Notes under the pieces: model-generated | The model's input: only the letters and a program-made list of their open reading frames with translations | Databases searched by the model: none | What the model was told of the DNA's origin: nothing | Part shown: positions 9,906 to 19,308 of the stretch, one piece after another | How positions within the stretch are numbered: position 1 is the stretch's first letter | Layout of the letters: every line of letters starts with the position of its first letter | Source of the DNA: a phage | Sequence record: OZ346158.1 | Length of the DNA: 64,000 nucleotides | Direction: 5' to 3' (one strand) | Translations under genes and position numbers: made by a program

Positions 9906-10294
9906 TGAAAAATATTTGGGATATCGATATCTTTGAAGCCTCTAAGCTTGATGGTGCTGATGGAGTGATTATGGTGTCTGATGGCAAGGCAACACTAACT
10001 TCTGGGGATATCATCTATGCCTTGGACGAGCTGGCGCTTCTGAAATCTACCGGTAACACTTTAGAGGAGCGTCTTCAAGGCTTCGCCTTCAAAGAAGGCA
10101 CAAATACCGCCATGATGTGCACCACACGGACAGTTCAAGTTGGTAACGGTGTCTATATGATCATTGCTGTGTGTCCTAAATTCAGCAACGTCAACAAAGA
10201 TGATGCTGACGCTGTCAACGATGTGGTTGTTCTCTTCGTGGGTGACGCTATGGCAGATCTGATGAATGCAGGAGAAGCAGCAAATGAAGACTGA
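9902..10294 (+). CDS. hypothetical protein
   Basis: 130-aa ORF, start overlaps upstream stop. Confidence 0.5.
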   Translation: MMKNIWDIDIFEASKLDGADGVIMVSDGKATLTSGDIIYALDELALLKSTGNTLEERLQGFAFKEGTNTAMMCTTRTVQVGNGVYMIIAVCPKFSNVNKDDADAVNDVVVLFVGDAMADLMNAGEAANED

Positions 10295-10586
10295 AAACAT
10301 CACCCCCGCAGGGTTCTTAAAAGTATACCGTGAACTGCTATATACTACAGAGGACAGTGTTCTAGAGTATCCAGAATATCTTTTGCTGTATAAGTATCTG
10401 CAGGAGGCTGGTGAAAATCTGCCAGTTAGTGCAGAAGGTGGTCCGAACTGGATATACAGCGCATGGAGAAAGGTTGACATTCTCCCCGACCCAGGTAAAG
10501 ATATGGTAGTTTGGCAGCTTATTAACAACATCGGGATTCCAATCTTTGATGAAGCTGTTAAAATCTATTTTGAACTTGACGATTAA
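10284..10586 (+). CDS. hypothetical protein
   Basis: ORF track 10266..10586; ATG 10284 after ggagaag. Confidence 0.5.
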   Translation: MKTENITPAGFLKVYRELLYTTEDSVLEYPEYLLLYKYLQEAGENLPVSAEGGPNWIYSAWRKVDILPDPGKDMVVWQLINNIGIPIFDEAVKIYFELDD

Positions 10587-10603
10587 TATCAGGAGACCTT
10601 AAG

Positions 10604-10849
10604 ATGACTGAAGTAGTTGCTCGCGCAGGACAGAAAGTACGTTGTGTTGAAGTAGGTTTTGGTGGCAAAGGGTGTCAAAACTTGACTCAAGGTAAGGAAT
10701 ACGCTGTTATTTCTGGTGGTGGCGACGAAAGTATTGTGTTCGAGGGCCACATCCTGGATGCTGAAAACTTTGAAATCTTTGACGACGATGGGGATCCGAT
10801 CACCTGCCTGCTGGACGGGAATTGGGGAACTTTCGAAGTGATTGGCTAA
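10604..10849 (+). CDS. hypothetical protein
   Basis: 81-aa ORF after caggagacc RBS. Confidence 0.5.
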   Translation: MTEVVARAGQKVRCVEVGFGGKGCQNLTQGKEYAVISGGGDESIVFEGHILDAENFEIFDDDGDPITCLLDGNWGTFEVIG

Positions 10850-10932
10850 CAAATACCTATTGTAATTTACAGAAGGGGATGCTAAAATAGTGTCTCCTTC
10901 TATGTTGTTCAAATAAAATCGGAGATTCCATA

Positions 10933-11298
10933 ATGGAACAAATGAACGATCAAGCGTCGGTTGCGATGAACGAGCAAGAACAACCTCAAGAATTTTTCTT
11001 AGGGTTAAGTAAAGATCAAGTGTCTCTTTTGCTAGTGCTTTCTTCTTTCATGGGAAGACTTCAGGAGCTCACACAACAACCGGAGGCTGAACAATTATTT
11101 CAGGCTCTGCGTGAAGAAGAAAAATATCGTCGTTTGGACTATGCCTTAGGTTGGGTAGCTCAACAACGAGATATGCTGATGGCCCTCTCTGGGACCACAA
11201 GTTTTGCAATGGGCCTGTTGGCTCAAGTTCAGGACAAATTAATTCAAGCAGGGTTTGCACACACGGCAAACACTAACGAAGAACAAGGAGACAAATAA
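10933..11298 (+). CDS. hypothetical protein
   Basis: 121-aa ORF after atcggagatt; no recognisable motif. Confidence 0.5.
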   Translation: MEQMNDQASVAMNEQEQPQEFFLGLSKDQVSLLLVLSSFMGRLQELTQQPEAEQLFQALREEEKYRRLDYALGWVAQQRDMLMALSGTTSFAMGLLAQVQDKLIQAGFAHTANTNEEQGDK

Positions 11299-12569
11299 TG
11301 AGCGTTATTCAACAATTCGCTAACCCGATGAATCCGCGTGAAACTGTTTTACTGGCTCACGGCATGATTAAACGCGTCAGCATCAAGCCTATCAAAGGTG
11401 CTGATCCTACAACAGGTATTAAAACCACTGTGTGGCAAGGTAAGAAAATTGAGTCCAGCCACACCATCTCTTTACTGATTTCTGAACTGGATTCCTCTGA
11501 TAACCTGCTTCAAGGTGGTGAAGAAGTCTGGATCAGCATGGGTGATAAACTGCTTAAACCGGGTCATCAAGACTCTGTCTCTGTTAAGATTGATGACAAG
11601 TGGGAAACCGTAACGCCAGGATGGATCGTAAATATCCCTTTGAAGGCAAACGAGCATAACGGTAAGACCTACTACAAGGGCTCACTGGCTAAGATGGTTA
11701 AGCTGGGTGCAGGGGAGGCTCCAGCAGCGACTCAGCAGCAAAAACAGCAACAAGGTGCACAATCACAAGGCCAGAAGCAGAAACCTCAGCAGAATGCCAA
11801 TCAGGACGTTTTACGCATCTATGGCGATGTGACTCAGATTGTTGGCAACGTGGTTACTGTTAATGACCACAAGATTGGCGAAGGTGCTATGGTTGTCACT
11901 GATGAGCAGCTTAAAGACCTGGTGGTAGGTGGTCGTGTTGCAGCCATTGTTGACAAAGACACCGGAAACATTATCAGTGGTTTCAAAGCCTACCCACCTA
12001 AGGCAGAGAACGGCACTCAAGGCTCTGGTGGCAAGCGTAAATCCTCTTACGACCCTATTGGTGTGGAGACGGGACATAGCATCAATGCGTTGCAAATCAT
12101 CCTGGATCGCGGGTTTAAGGTAGACGACCCACTAGGTGTGGCTAAAACACTGCACGTAGTCACCATTGAGCTTAAGAAAGAGTATGCTCAAGCCACCAAC
12201 CGAACTGAAGATGAAGTAGGTGCCAGTGTCGGTAATGCGGTGTTGAACGCTTGTCGCCGTATTGACAAGAAAACGAAAGTTGATGATTTTGCAGCGGCAA
12301 TTACTGCAGAAGCAAAAGATGTCTTGACTAATCTGGCTGAGCCGTTGTACGATTGGATCAAGAACGGTGCTGGGTCCACTGACCATCAAGAACCTCAAGC
12401 TGCCAAACAGGAAGCTGCTTCACAGCAAAATACTGTAGACGCTCCTCCTGTAAATGACGAGGAAGATGACCCAATGGATCAGAATCCAGCACAGTATGAC
12501 TTCTGTGATGACATACCTTTCGCTCCGGTGGGTTTGCAATATGGCAAAAGTAGAATCCACGCATTGTAA
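11298..12569 (+). CDS. putative ssDNA-binding protein with SSB-like acidic DDIPF tail
   Basis: Q/G-rich low-complexity linker ([20 protein letters not shown]) and C-terminal ...DFCDDIPF... resembling the bacterial SSB C-terminal DDDIPF tip; RBS aaggagac; in replication module. Confidence 0.4.
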   Translation: MSVIQQFANPMNPRETVLLAHGMIKRVSIKPIKGADPTTGIKTTVWQGKKIESSHTISLLISELDSSDNLLQGGEEVWISMGDKLLKPGHQDSVSVKIDDKWETVTPGWIVNIPLKANEHNGKTYYKGSLAKMVKLGAGEAPAATQQQKQQQGAQSQGQKQKPQQNANQDVLRIYGDVTQIVGNVVTVNDHKIGEGAMVVTDEQLKDLVVGGRVAAIVDKDTGNIISGFKAYPPKAENGTQGSGGKRKSSYDPIGVETGHSINALQIILDRGFKVDDPLGVAKTLHVVTIELKKEYAQATNRTEDEVGASVGNAVLNACRRIDKKTKVDDFAAAITAEAKDVLTNLAEPLYDWIKNGAGSTDHQEPQAAKQEAASQQNTVDAPPVNDEEDDPMDQNPAQYDFCDDIPFAPVGLQYGKSRIHAL

Positions 12570-13164
12570 GAGGTGCATCAAGTGTGGAGAGGTGAAAAAC
12601 CTCTCCGAGTTCTACAAACATCCAAAGATGTCTGACGGTCATCTTAATAAGTGCAAAGAGTGTTGCAAGAAGGCCAGCAGGGAGGCTGACCAATTTTCCC
12701 ACGACTCTTCAGAAAAAGGTGTGATCCGCGTGTTGTACAAGACTCAAAAGTGCAACAGTAAGAAGAGAGGTCACCCACCTCCGACTTACACCAAAAAAGA
12801 GTTTAAGGAGTGGCTATACCTAAACGGTTACAAAGAGTTGTATGATCAATGGGTAGCCAGCGGATACGACAAAAGGAAAAAGCCTTCTTGTGACAGGATA
12901 GATGATTTCAAAGGGTACTCTTTTGATAATATCCGTTTAACGACTTGGGGAGAAAATAAAGACAAGCAGACAGAGGATATTCTGTTACATAGAAGCACCA
13001 GCGGTAGACGGTGCAAAAATGTAAGGAGGTTGGACATGAATGGTAACGTTCTTAAAGAATGGGTATCCCACAATTCTTGCCGAAGAGAAACAGGGATATG
13101 TGTTGATTACTACATTCATGAAAAAATTCCAGCTCCCGATGGATACCTCTATGAATACTTCTAA
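12541..13164 (+). CDS. zinc-ribbon protein, possible degenerate HNH-type endonuclease
   Basis: N-terminal C-x2-C...SEFYK...C-x2-C arrangement common in phage freestanding HNH endonucleases; [12 protein letters not shown]...N...W resembles an HNH core with His replaced. Confidence 0.35.
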   Translation: MAKVESTHCKRCIKCGEVKNLSEFYKHPKMSDGHLNKCKECCKKASREADQFSHDSSEKGVIRVLYKTQKCNSKKRGHPPPTYTKKEFKEWLYLNGYKELYDQWVASGYDKRKKPSCDRIDDFKGYSFDNIRLTTWGENKDKQTEDILLHRSTSGRRCKNVRRLDMNGNVLKEWVSHNSCRRETGICVDYYIHEKIPAPDGYLYEYF

Positions 13165-13179
13165 CATCTAGTTAACATA

Positions 13180-13208
13180 GCCCTGCCCGAAAGGGTGGGG
13201 CATTTTTG
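13180..13208 (+). terminator. rho-independent terminator (same hairpin as 1551-1578)
   Basis: GCCCTGCCCGAAAGGGTGGGGC followed by ATTTTT. Confidence 0.7.
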
Positions 13209-13226
13209 TATAAGGAGATCTGAAAA

Positions 13227-13643
13227 ATGACATTAGAAGATATCATTGTTAAGCCTGAGAACTATGACCAATACAACCTGTCAACTCAATCTGTAGACCT
13301 TGGATGCGCCACGGTCAGTGCGTGGCTGGTTAACGGAAAAGAGCTGGATAAATGCTTAGAAGCTCACATGTCTATTAACAAGTTTCTGGATGAAAATACT
13401 CACTGGCTTGAGGGTGCAGGCGTATATGCTTCATGGTTGGAGAGTATGGGATTCGACTACCAATCTGAAGAGGGGTGGTGGAGCTATTTAGCTATCTGCC
13501 CAGAGACGCTGCAATGCTTCATGAAATATTCTGAAGATTTAGAGTATCGCGCTGTGGTTGACAGTGCTATTGCCCGTTATAGCCGTAAACCTTTTTCCCA
13601 CGACATTAAAACTGTGGAAGAGTTTGTTGAAGTTTTCTGTTGA
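13227..13643 (+). CDS. hypothetical protein
   Basis: 138-aa ORF after aaggagatc RBS. Confidence 0.5.
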   Translation: MTLEDIIVKPENYDQYNLSTQSVDLGCATVSAWLVNGKELDKCLEAHMSINKFLDENTHWLEGAGVYASWLESMGFDYQSEEGWWSYLAICPETLQCFMKYSEDLEYRAVVDSAIARYSRKPFSHDIKTVEEFVEVFC

Positions 13644-13738
13644 CACAGGTTGAAAGGTGTGCAATTATAACTTCATAGACGGGAGGACGTGATGAACGAA
13701 GAAAACTGGGATGTATAACTAACAGGAGGCCACTGCCC

Positions 13739-13936
13739 ATGATTTATCGAATCCGTGTAAGAGAAGATGCACCAGGCTGTTACTTTGACTGGCGTGGGTG
13801 GTGGTTTCTCCACCCGATGGATGGACTCACAGATAGAATGCTGGATGCTGCCCTTTATACAGATACCGACATAGAATATAATCTCTATCTGAAGGACGGT
13901 ATAGATAACGGTCTATTTGAAGCAATTCCTGTGTAA
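13739..13936 (+). CDS. hypothetical protein
   Basis: 65-aa ORF after aggaggcc RBS. Confidence 0.45.
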   Translation: MIYRIRVREDAPGCYFDWRGWWFLHPMDGLTDRMLDAALYTDTDIEYNLYLKDGIDNGLFEAIPV

Positions 13937-14004
13937 GAGACTGTGATAGCCATGTTTTATGATCTTCCTGTAGCACCACCACCTGTTGAACCCGGAGAAC
14001 TAAG

Positions 14005-14430
14005 ATGATCTATGAAATGCCAAAACTGATTCGTGATGATGCCCAAAACGCTCACACCATTATTATGGGCAAACGTATGGATATTATTTGTCATAAAGAT
14101 TTCTGGGAAGGAAGTTACTTCACAGAGTATTTTGGTAAACTGGACAATGGTCTGCTGATCCAGTTCTACACCGATGCGGAAAACAACATTCACTGGGAGT
14201 TCGAAACTGAAGATATCCATAAACTTTTCACCTTCCTCGGTATTAAGGTCGAGGCCAAGTTTGAAGAAGGTGAGTGCGACGATTGTGGATTCTATGAGGT
14301 AACAGATTTCTACCTTCCAAGTGGTAAAAATCTCTACTACGAAAGCCACTTCGGCAACTCAAATATGCCACAGGGTTGGGATGAGTTTTTGGAAATTGCA
14401 GAAGAGGAGCTGGAATACCGTGATTATTGA
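14005..14430 (+). CDS. hypothetical protein
   Basis: 141-aa ORF after ccggagaac. Confidence 0.5.
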   Translation: MIYEMPKLIRDDAQNAHTIIMGKRMDIICHKDFWEGSYFTEYFGKLDNGLLIQFYTDAENNIHWEFETEDIHKLFTFLGIKVEAKFEEGECDDCGFYEVTDFYLPSGKNLYYESHFGNSNMPQGWDEFLEIAEEELEYRDY

Positions 14431-14878
14431 TACTGTAAAGGGAGATCTAATCTCCATTTTCAAGAAAGGGTCAGGCCACATGATCCACGGTTGTAACTGC
14501 TTTCACACAATGGGTGCAGGTATAGCGAAAGATATTGCCCGTGAGTTCCCTCAAGCACTGGCAGCCGACAAAGAGACTGCTTATGGTAATCTAGACAAGC
14601 TGGGTATGTTTTCTTGTTGGGAGCATTTTGCCAAGGCCAGGGTCGTATATGGAATCAACCTGTATACCCAGTTCTACCCAGGGCCCAATGCTGAATACTT
14701 CTCAATCATGAAAGGTTTTGAGCGAGTCAACGAGGTATTCAAAGGTATGTCATTGCCGTTCTACATTCCTAAAATCGGATGCGGTATTGGAGGTCTAAAG
14801 TGGAAACATGTAGAAGATGTAATTAATCTTGCAACCACAGATATTGATGTGGTTGTAGTAGAGTACAAAAAGTGTTGA
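14420..14878 (+). CDS. macro-domain protein (ADP-ribose binding / ADP-ribosyl hydrolase-like)
   Basis: VIIDTVKGDLISIF...HMIHGCNCFHTMGAGIAKDIAREFP, the macro-domain N-terminal signature; GTG start at 14420 after gaggag. Confidence 0.65.
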   Translation: MIIDTVKGDLISIFKKGSGHMIHGCNCFHTMGAGIAKDIAREFPQALAADKETAYGNLDKLGMFSCWEHFAKARVVYGINLYTQFYPGPNAEYFSIMKGFERVNEVFKGMSLPFYIPKIGCGIGGLKWKHVEDVINLATTDIDVVVVEYKKC

Positions 14879-15129
14879 CGACCATCTTCTGAGGTGATAT
14901 AGTTTCCACAACAACTAAGAGAGGAGAGCACTGTGGAGACTAAAATCTTAATTCTTGCTGTGGTAGATACAACCGAAGGAGCTATATTCGAATCTGCAGG
15001 AGGGTATTTCTACCTACCATACGGAAAAAGAACTTCCGAGCCAAGTAAAGATTCAATCCTCAAAGTGTTCCCGTGTGCTTTCTGGCTGGAGATTTTGGTA
15101 TAAGATTGCAGATGATTTGGGAGAGAATT

Positions 15130-15324
15130 ATGAGAAACAAGAAAGAACTTTACTCTGGTGAGTGGATCAACGATCAACAGGTGGGAGAGGTAACCTGCTT
15201 CCGATGTTTTACCAGGTACAATCTTAAAACTGCACCAAAAAGTGTTCCAAAGACTGATGGTTATTATATAAAAGAACCTCATTGCCCAAAATGTAAATGC
15301 CGATTGTACTGGAGCAATCTGTAA
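15130..15324 (+). CDS. small zinc-ribbon protein
   Basis: CFRCF...CPKCKC paired CxxC; ATG 15130 after gggagag. Confidence 0.45.
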   Translation: MRNKKELYSGEWINDQQVGEVTCFRCFTRYNLKTAPKSVPKTDGYYIKEPHCPKCKCRLYWSNL

Positions 15325-15328
15325 GAGG

Positions 15329-15356
15329 TTGACATCTGAAAACTGCAGTGTATAAT
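15329..15356 (+). promoter_or_regulatory. sigma70-like promoter (TTGACA-16-TATAAT)
   Basis: Perfect -35 and -10 hexamers with 16-nt spacer upstream of gene 15388. Confidence 0.6.
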
Positions 15357-15387
15357 ATACGCATAAACTAACAGAGAGCGATGTATT

Positions 15388-15579
15388 ATGGTAATTTTTA
15401 ACCGAGATGGTATCATAGTTAGACAGCACCCGTTCCTTGAATACTATCAAATTGAGCAATGGTGCTACGGGGATTGCAGTCACTCCTATGGGCAAAGTTG
15501 GGGATACCGTACAGTTTTTGAATCCACAGACCTTGACAAAGTAAGACAGAAAGTTTTAGAACTTATTAACAACAAGTGA
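15388..15579 (+). CDS. hypothetical protein
   Basis: 63-aa ORF downstream of consensus promoter. Confidence 0.5.
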   Translation: MVIFNRDGIIVRQHPFLEYYQIEQWCYGDCSHSYGQSWGYRTVFESTDLDKVRQKVLELINNK

Positions 15580-15586
15580 GTATGAT

Positions 15587-15919
15587 ATGGTAACATTAGA
15601 AAGACGTAAAGCTATTGCCGCCACACTGGCAGACATCTTTTGGGATTGTAATTTAAAATCTACCCGAAATTGTGGCGCATCTGTAGATGTATTATTCCCA
15701 CGGCCTACTATTGTTGCAATGGGCAACCTTCTTGATGTGGTATATGGAGCATGGGACAAGGAAGGTGGATTCTATATCTGGCAACCTGACTACGGGACTT
15801 GGAAAGAGGTTAGTGGTTCTACGGACTTCACTCCTGCAGTGGCTAAAATGGATGGCTGGAAAATCTATGTCGGTAACGACATGGAACTGAAAGGCGAAAT
15901 TGTTTACTGGTTACCTTAA
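15587..15919 (+). CDS. hypothetical protein
   Basis: 110-aa ORF. Confidence 0.5.
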   Translation: MVTLERRKAIAATLADIFWDCNLKSTRNCGASVDVLFPRPTIVAMGNLLDVVYGAWDKEGGFYIWQPDYGTWKEVSGSTDFTPAVAKMDGWKIYVGNDMELKGEIVYWLP

Positions 15920-15939
15920 GAAAGTGCAGGAGATAAAGT

Positions 15940-16185
15940 ATGAACAAAGGGTGGACATTTGTAGACGGCGTTGAAAACATGCCTCTAGGAAAGTATATTG
16001 TAGCCATGGCAGATGAGAATGGCAAGGTTGATTTCGGAGCTTGCGAGATTGTTCTTGCAGGATCTGGTGACCATGTGCACAAAACTGGGATAATTAACGG
16101 TCATTTCTACTTTGATTACAACCCTGTTGTGGCGTATATGGCTATGCCAGAGTTAGAGCTCCCAAAGGAGGGTGCAGATGTTTAA
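15940..16185 (+). CDS. hypothetical protein
   Basis: 81-aa ORF after caggagata. Confidence 0.5.
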   Translation: MNKGWTFVDGVENMPLGKYIVAMADENGKVDFGACEIVLAGSGDHVHKTGIINGHFYFDYNPVVAYMAMPELELPKEGADV

Positions 16186-16375
16186 GCTTAAATCTGCATG
16201 GAACATCGCTGTGGGGGATGAGATCCGCATCCCAGGTGGAAAGACCATTATGAAGATATCACGTATCGAGTATGAAGGTGATCGTGTATTTCATATCTTT
16301 GCAGAAGATGGTCGAGAAATTTATATACAGGCAGGCTCTCACATCTATATCAGTAAGAAAGGGGACGACAAATGA
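16178..16375 (+). CDS. hypothetical protein
   Basis: ATG 16178 after aaggaggg. Confidence 0.5.
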   Translation: MFKLKSAWNIAVGDEIRIPGGKTIMKISRIEYEGDRVFHIFAEDGREIYIQAGSHIYISKKGDDK

Positions 16376-16704
16376 CAGAGATCATCGTTTCAACTGCAGG
16401 GTATGTATTCCTGACAATCATTGCGTTGGCTATTCTGGTGGCGGTGTATGGATTTGTTATCCTGCCTATTCTTGAGACATTTAGCTTGTGTCGGTGTTGG
16501 AGAAAAGCTTACGGACCACAACCGTGGAAAGACTGGTTTCATTTGGTGCGTATAGCGTTCTCTTATGCCTATGATCACTCCAGCAGTGCATGCGTAACCG
16601 GGTACCATGCCTACAACTGGAACTGGGAAGGGCTTGGGAGATGGACTGTTACAAAAACTATACCCTTACGGTTGTATAAAGGAAAGAACACACTGGGAGC
16701 CTGA
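16372..16704 (+). CDS. hypothetical membrane protein
   Basis: Hydrophobic segment AGYVFLTIIALAILVAVYGFVILPIL; start overlaps upstream stop. Confidence 0.5.
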   Translation: MTEIIVSTAGYVFLTIIALAILVAVYGFVILPILETFSLCRCWRKAYGPQPWKDWFHLVRIAFSYAYDHSSSACVTGYHAYNWNWEGLGRWTVTKTIPLRLYKGKNTLGA

Positions 16705-16739
16705 TATTTTAAGTTATCAGATTGCCAGAGATCAGGAGG

Positions 16740-17200
16740 ATTTCTAAAATGGATTTCCTCCTTTTGATATTTTACCTACCAGGATATTTTAAAATCCTTA
16801 GAAAATCAGAAAATGGATCGAAAACTAAAATGGATTTTTCAGAGCAGGCACGACGAGATGAACCACTCATCCTATCGTCTGCACCATATTCCAGACCACC
16901 ATTACAGATTTCCCGCACATGCTCACATCCTTCTACTAGAACTTCCCCCACTTACCCTTGACCTTTTATAGTAATAATCCAACCACTACCTTGAAGTTGT
17001 GGCGCAGCTTTCCAAGTACTCGATCTGTTTTTCGTTTCAAAGATTTAATTTTCTGAAAATTTTTCTCGATAAATTTCTCAGTACTCGATCTGTTTTTCGT
17101 TTTCTGAATCGGATTTTCTGGAAATCGTTCCGGCTCTCGACCTGAAATTTTTGGGGACGAAATCGATTTTTCGTTTTCAGAAATGGATTTTTAAAATTTC
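16740..17200. repeat. AT-rich iteron-like direct-repeat region (AAATGGAT and (T)CTCGATCTGTTTTTCGTTT families)
   Basis: AAAATGGAT at about 16747, 16811, 16827, 17192; CAGTACTCGATCTGTTTTTCGTTT exact at 17014 and 17079 with degenerate copies through 17180; no ORF. Confidence 0.6.
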
Positions 17201-17295
17201 TATATGGGAATATTTTAGTGGATACTATTTTATAGGAAATTGTTACGGAGGGTAATTAGCGTGCTAATTAAATTTATTAAATGCGAGGAGTTCTC

Positions 17296-17530
17296 ATTTA
17301 GAATTTTGAATGATAATCATTCTCGTTTGCAGAATAACGGGCAGGCCCGGTGATTGTCTCCCGGCCCCTACTGCCCCGGCTTGTTATTATAGTAACACAC
17401 AGGACAAAGAAAGCAAGAAGTTTTTGCATAAATTTTTAGACGATAATGATAATCGTTCTCATTTCATGCAGCGCCCATCCCCGGTGGTTGTCTCCCCCGT
17501 CACCGGTGCCTGCCGTCCTTTCAATAGGTA
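17296..17530. repeat. duplicated structured GC-rich element (core CCGGTGATTGTCTCCC)
   Basis: Two direct copies (about 17296-17380 and 17440-17520) each with GATAATC..TTCTC..TTT..TGCAG leader and CCGGTG(A/G)TTGTCTCCC core; inverted third copy near 26461. Confidence 0.55.
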
Positions 17531-17706
17531 TATTTTGCCACCTGGCGGGGCCGCTGTCAACACTTTTCAAAAAAAAAATTCTAACCTGATGCGCTGACCG
17601 CTGCAACCTGGCAGGGCCTAACTGACCAGGTAGGAGAGAATGAAGGCTTGCAAACCTGGTGGGCCTATGCTATAGGATAGGTAACAATTGAAGAGGAGGT
17701 ACAAAA

Positions 17707-17883
17707 ATGGAAGGTAATATGATCCCCCTGGAAAATGTAGCTATTAATGACGCTGAGGCTATCGCCCTGGTTGAAAAGGCTATGGCGGGAGCGTTGGAAC
17801 ATAAAGAAGAGTACGAAAAAATGGTGGTTAACCTGGCAGGGGCGGCGGCTGGAGAATTCTACCCAAAAAATAATTTTAACTAA
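17707..17883 (+). CDS. hypothetical small protein (58 aa)
   Basis: ATG after gaagaggagg RBS; below ORF-track cutoff; TTGCAA-17-TATAGG promoter-like upstream. Confidence 0.45.
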   Translation: MEGNMIPLENVAINDAEAIALVEKAMAGALEHKEEYEKMVVNLAGAAAGEFYPKNNFN

Positions 17884-17968
17884 TGGTTGACAGCTCGGAC
17901 AGTTCTTGTTATTCTTATCCTCGCAAGGTGAACAACACCACACCAATTAACAGAGAGGATAAAAAATC

Positions 17969-18166
17969 ATGAACGCCTACGGAATTAAAGTACGTCGCAA
18001 CACTCGCCAGGTGGTCACCAATCAAGTGATTTGCCGGGTGGATGTAACCATCAACAACGGGCAAGGCCTTTATAAATTTCGTCGCGGTCATAGCTATACC
18101 CTGCAACAGCTTAACCGTTGCGCCCTGACAAAAGGTCAGATCAACCACTGGTTTAATAAAAAATAA
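17969..18166 (+). CDS. hypothetical protein
   Basis: 65 aa; RBS agagaggat. Confidence 0.5.
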   Translation: MNAYGIKVRRNTRQVVTNQVICRVDVTINNGQGLYKFRRGHSYTLQQLNRCALTKGQINHWFNKK

Positions 18167-18168
18167 TG

Positions 18169-18197
18169 TTGACATAGGGTCTGACACAAAATACACT
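18169..18197 (+). promoter_or_regulatory. sigma70-like promoter (TTGACA-17-TACACT)
   Basis: Upstream of gene 18230. Confidence 0.5.
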
Positions 18198-18229
18198 GAA
18201 ATCACAAAAGACACTAAGAGGATAAAATC

Positions 18230-18628
18230 ATGAAAACCACTACCTTTAATTTTGATAATGCGGACTTTTCTTTTTCTGATGTCAAGAACTGCCGCCGTGA
18301 TCGTGGATTTTACAAGGCTTATAATCTGGTGGGCCTGGACGATGACAATAATTTGCACGAAGTAGCTGAGATCCGGTATTATGCCGCCGCCAGTGGTAAC
18401 ACTCACTACTGCGTGTTTTGGATTCACGACAACAAGAACAATAAGTACGGTTATACTGGCGGCAAGGCGAGCGGTCACGGTTACGATAAAGCTAACGCAG
18501 CACTTGAGAGCGCATTAAATGCTATGGGGATCACTGCCGACGGCTGGATCTACGAAGAAGAGTTTTTGTCGGCACTTGCTGACCACCTGGGCTATAAAAA
18601 GCACATTGTGACATGCGCCCACGAATAA
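18230..18628 (+). CDS. hypothetical protein
   Basis: 132 aa; RBS aagaggat. Confidence 0.55.
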   Translation: MKTTTFNFDNADFSFSDVKNCRRDRGFYKAYNLVGLDDDNNLHEVAEIRYYAAASGNTHYCVFWIHDNKNNKYGYTGGKASGHGYDKANAALESALNAMGITADGWIYEEEFLSALADHLGYKKHIVTCAHE

Positions 18629-18711
18629 AAATCATTGACACGCTGCAAAATTTAAGTAAACTAGACACAAAAGGCGGGAATGTTTCCCGCCAGCACAAAG
18701 GAAAAAAGATC

Positions 18712-19107
18712 ATGAATAAGAACGTACGCCGCATCATGAACGAACTGGCAAACGATGAAAAAATTATTGACATGCATTTAGTCAACATTTGCCGCCGTTG
18801 TGTAACATATAACAACCGCGCCGCAAAAGCGCGTGAGATGAACGCAAAAGGCACCTTAAAGCCCTTTCAGGTGGTTGTAAAATCTATAACCAGTGCAGCA
18901 GGCCAGGCGCATGACCACAACAACGGGAGCACTAATATTGATCCGTCTTACGTAATGAAACGGATCCGGACTTGCAAGAATAAAGAGCAGGTGTATAATG
19001 TCATAGACTGGTTGGATTCTATGGGCGATGTGGTTTACAATAGGTTTTCTGCAGCTATCGAGATCCAGCTTGACAGGTTGGACGGTAAAGTACTGAAAAC
19101 TTACTAA
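18712..19107 (+). CDS. hypothetical protein
   Basis: ORF track 18613..19107; ATG 18712 after aaaggaaaaaag; upstream TTGACA at about 18635. Confidence 0.5.
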   Translation: MNKNVRRIMNELANDEKIIDMHLVNICRRCVTYNNRAAKAREMNAKGTLKPFQVVVKSITSAAGQAHDHNNGSTNIDPSYVMKRIRTCKNKEQVYNVIDWLDSMGDVVYNRFSAAIEIQLDRLDGKVLKTY

Positions 19108-19155
19108 GATTATTTTTAGATGGCCTTGACTTCAGGGCCATCAATAAAGTAAACT
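19107..19155 (+). repeat. 48-bp intergenic cassette copy 1 (hairpin GATGGCC-TTGACTTCAG-GGCCATC + AATAAAGTAAA)
   Basis: Near-identical sequence at 19737-19788 and 23478-23527, each directly after a stop codon. Confidence 0.7.
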
Positions 19156-19308
19156 AATCCCAGTTAAGCGAAAAAGGAGGCTTGAAGATGAGCACTACAC
19201 GCCAACACACAAAGGTAACGATTATCGTTTGCATCATTGGTTACATCCTGGCGCAAATGTTGATGGGTAGCGCCAATGATTTCGCAAAATTTTTCTTAGA
19301 CTTTTAAT

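Noticed and set aside
15010-15495. 161-aa - strand ORF
   Set aside because: Antisense to + strand genes 15130..15324 and 15388..15579 and to a consensus + strand promoter; no RBS.
17665-18478. Two - strand ORFs (17665..17946 and 17915..18478)
   Set aside because: They are antisense to + strand genes with clear RBSs and promoters (17707, 17969, 18230) and sit inside a uniformly + strand early block.
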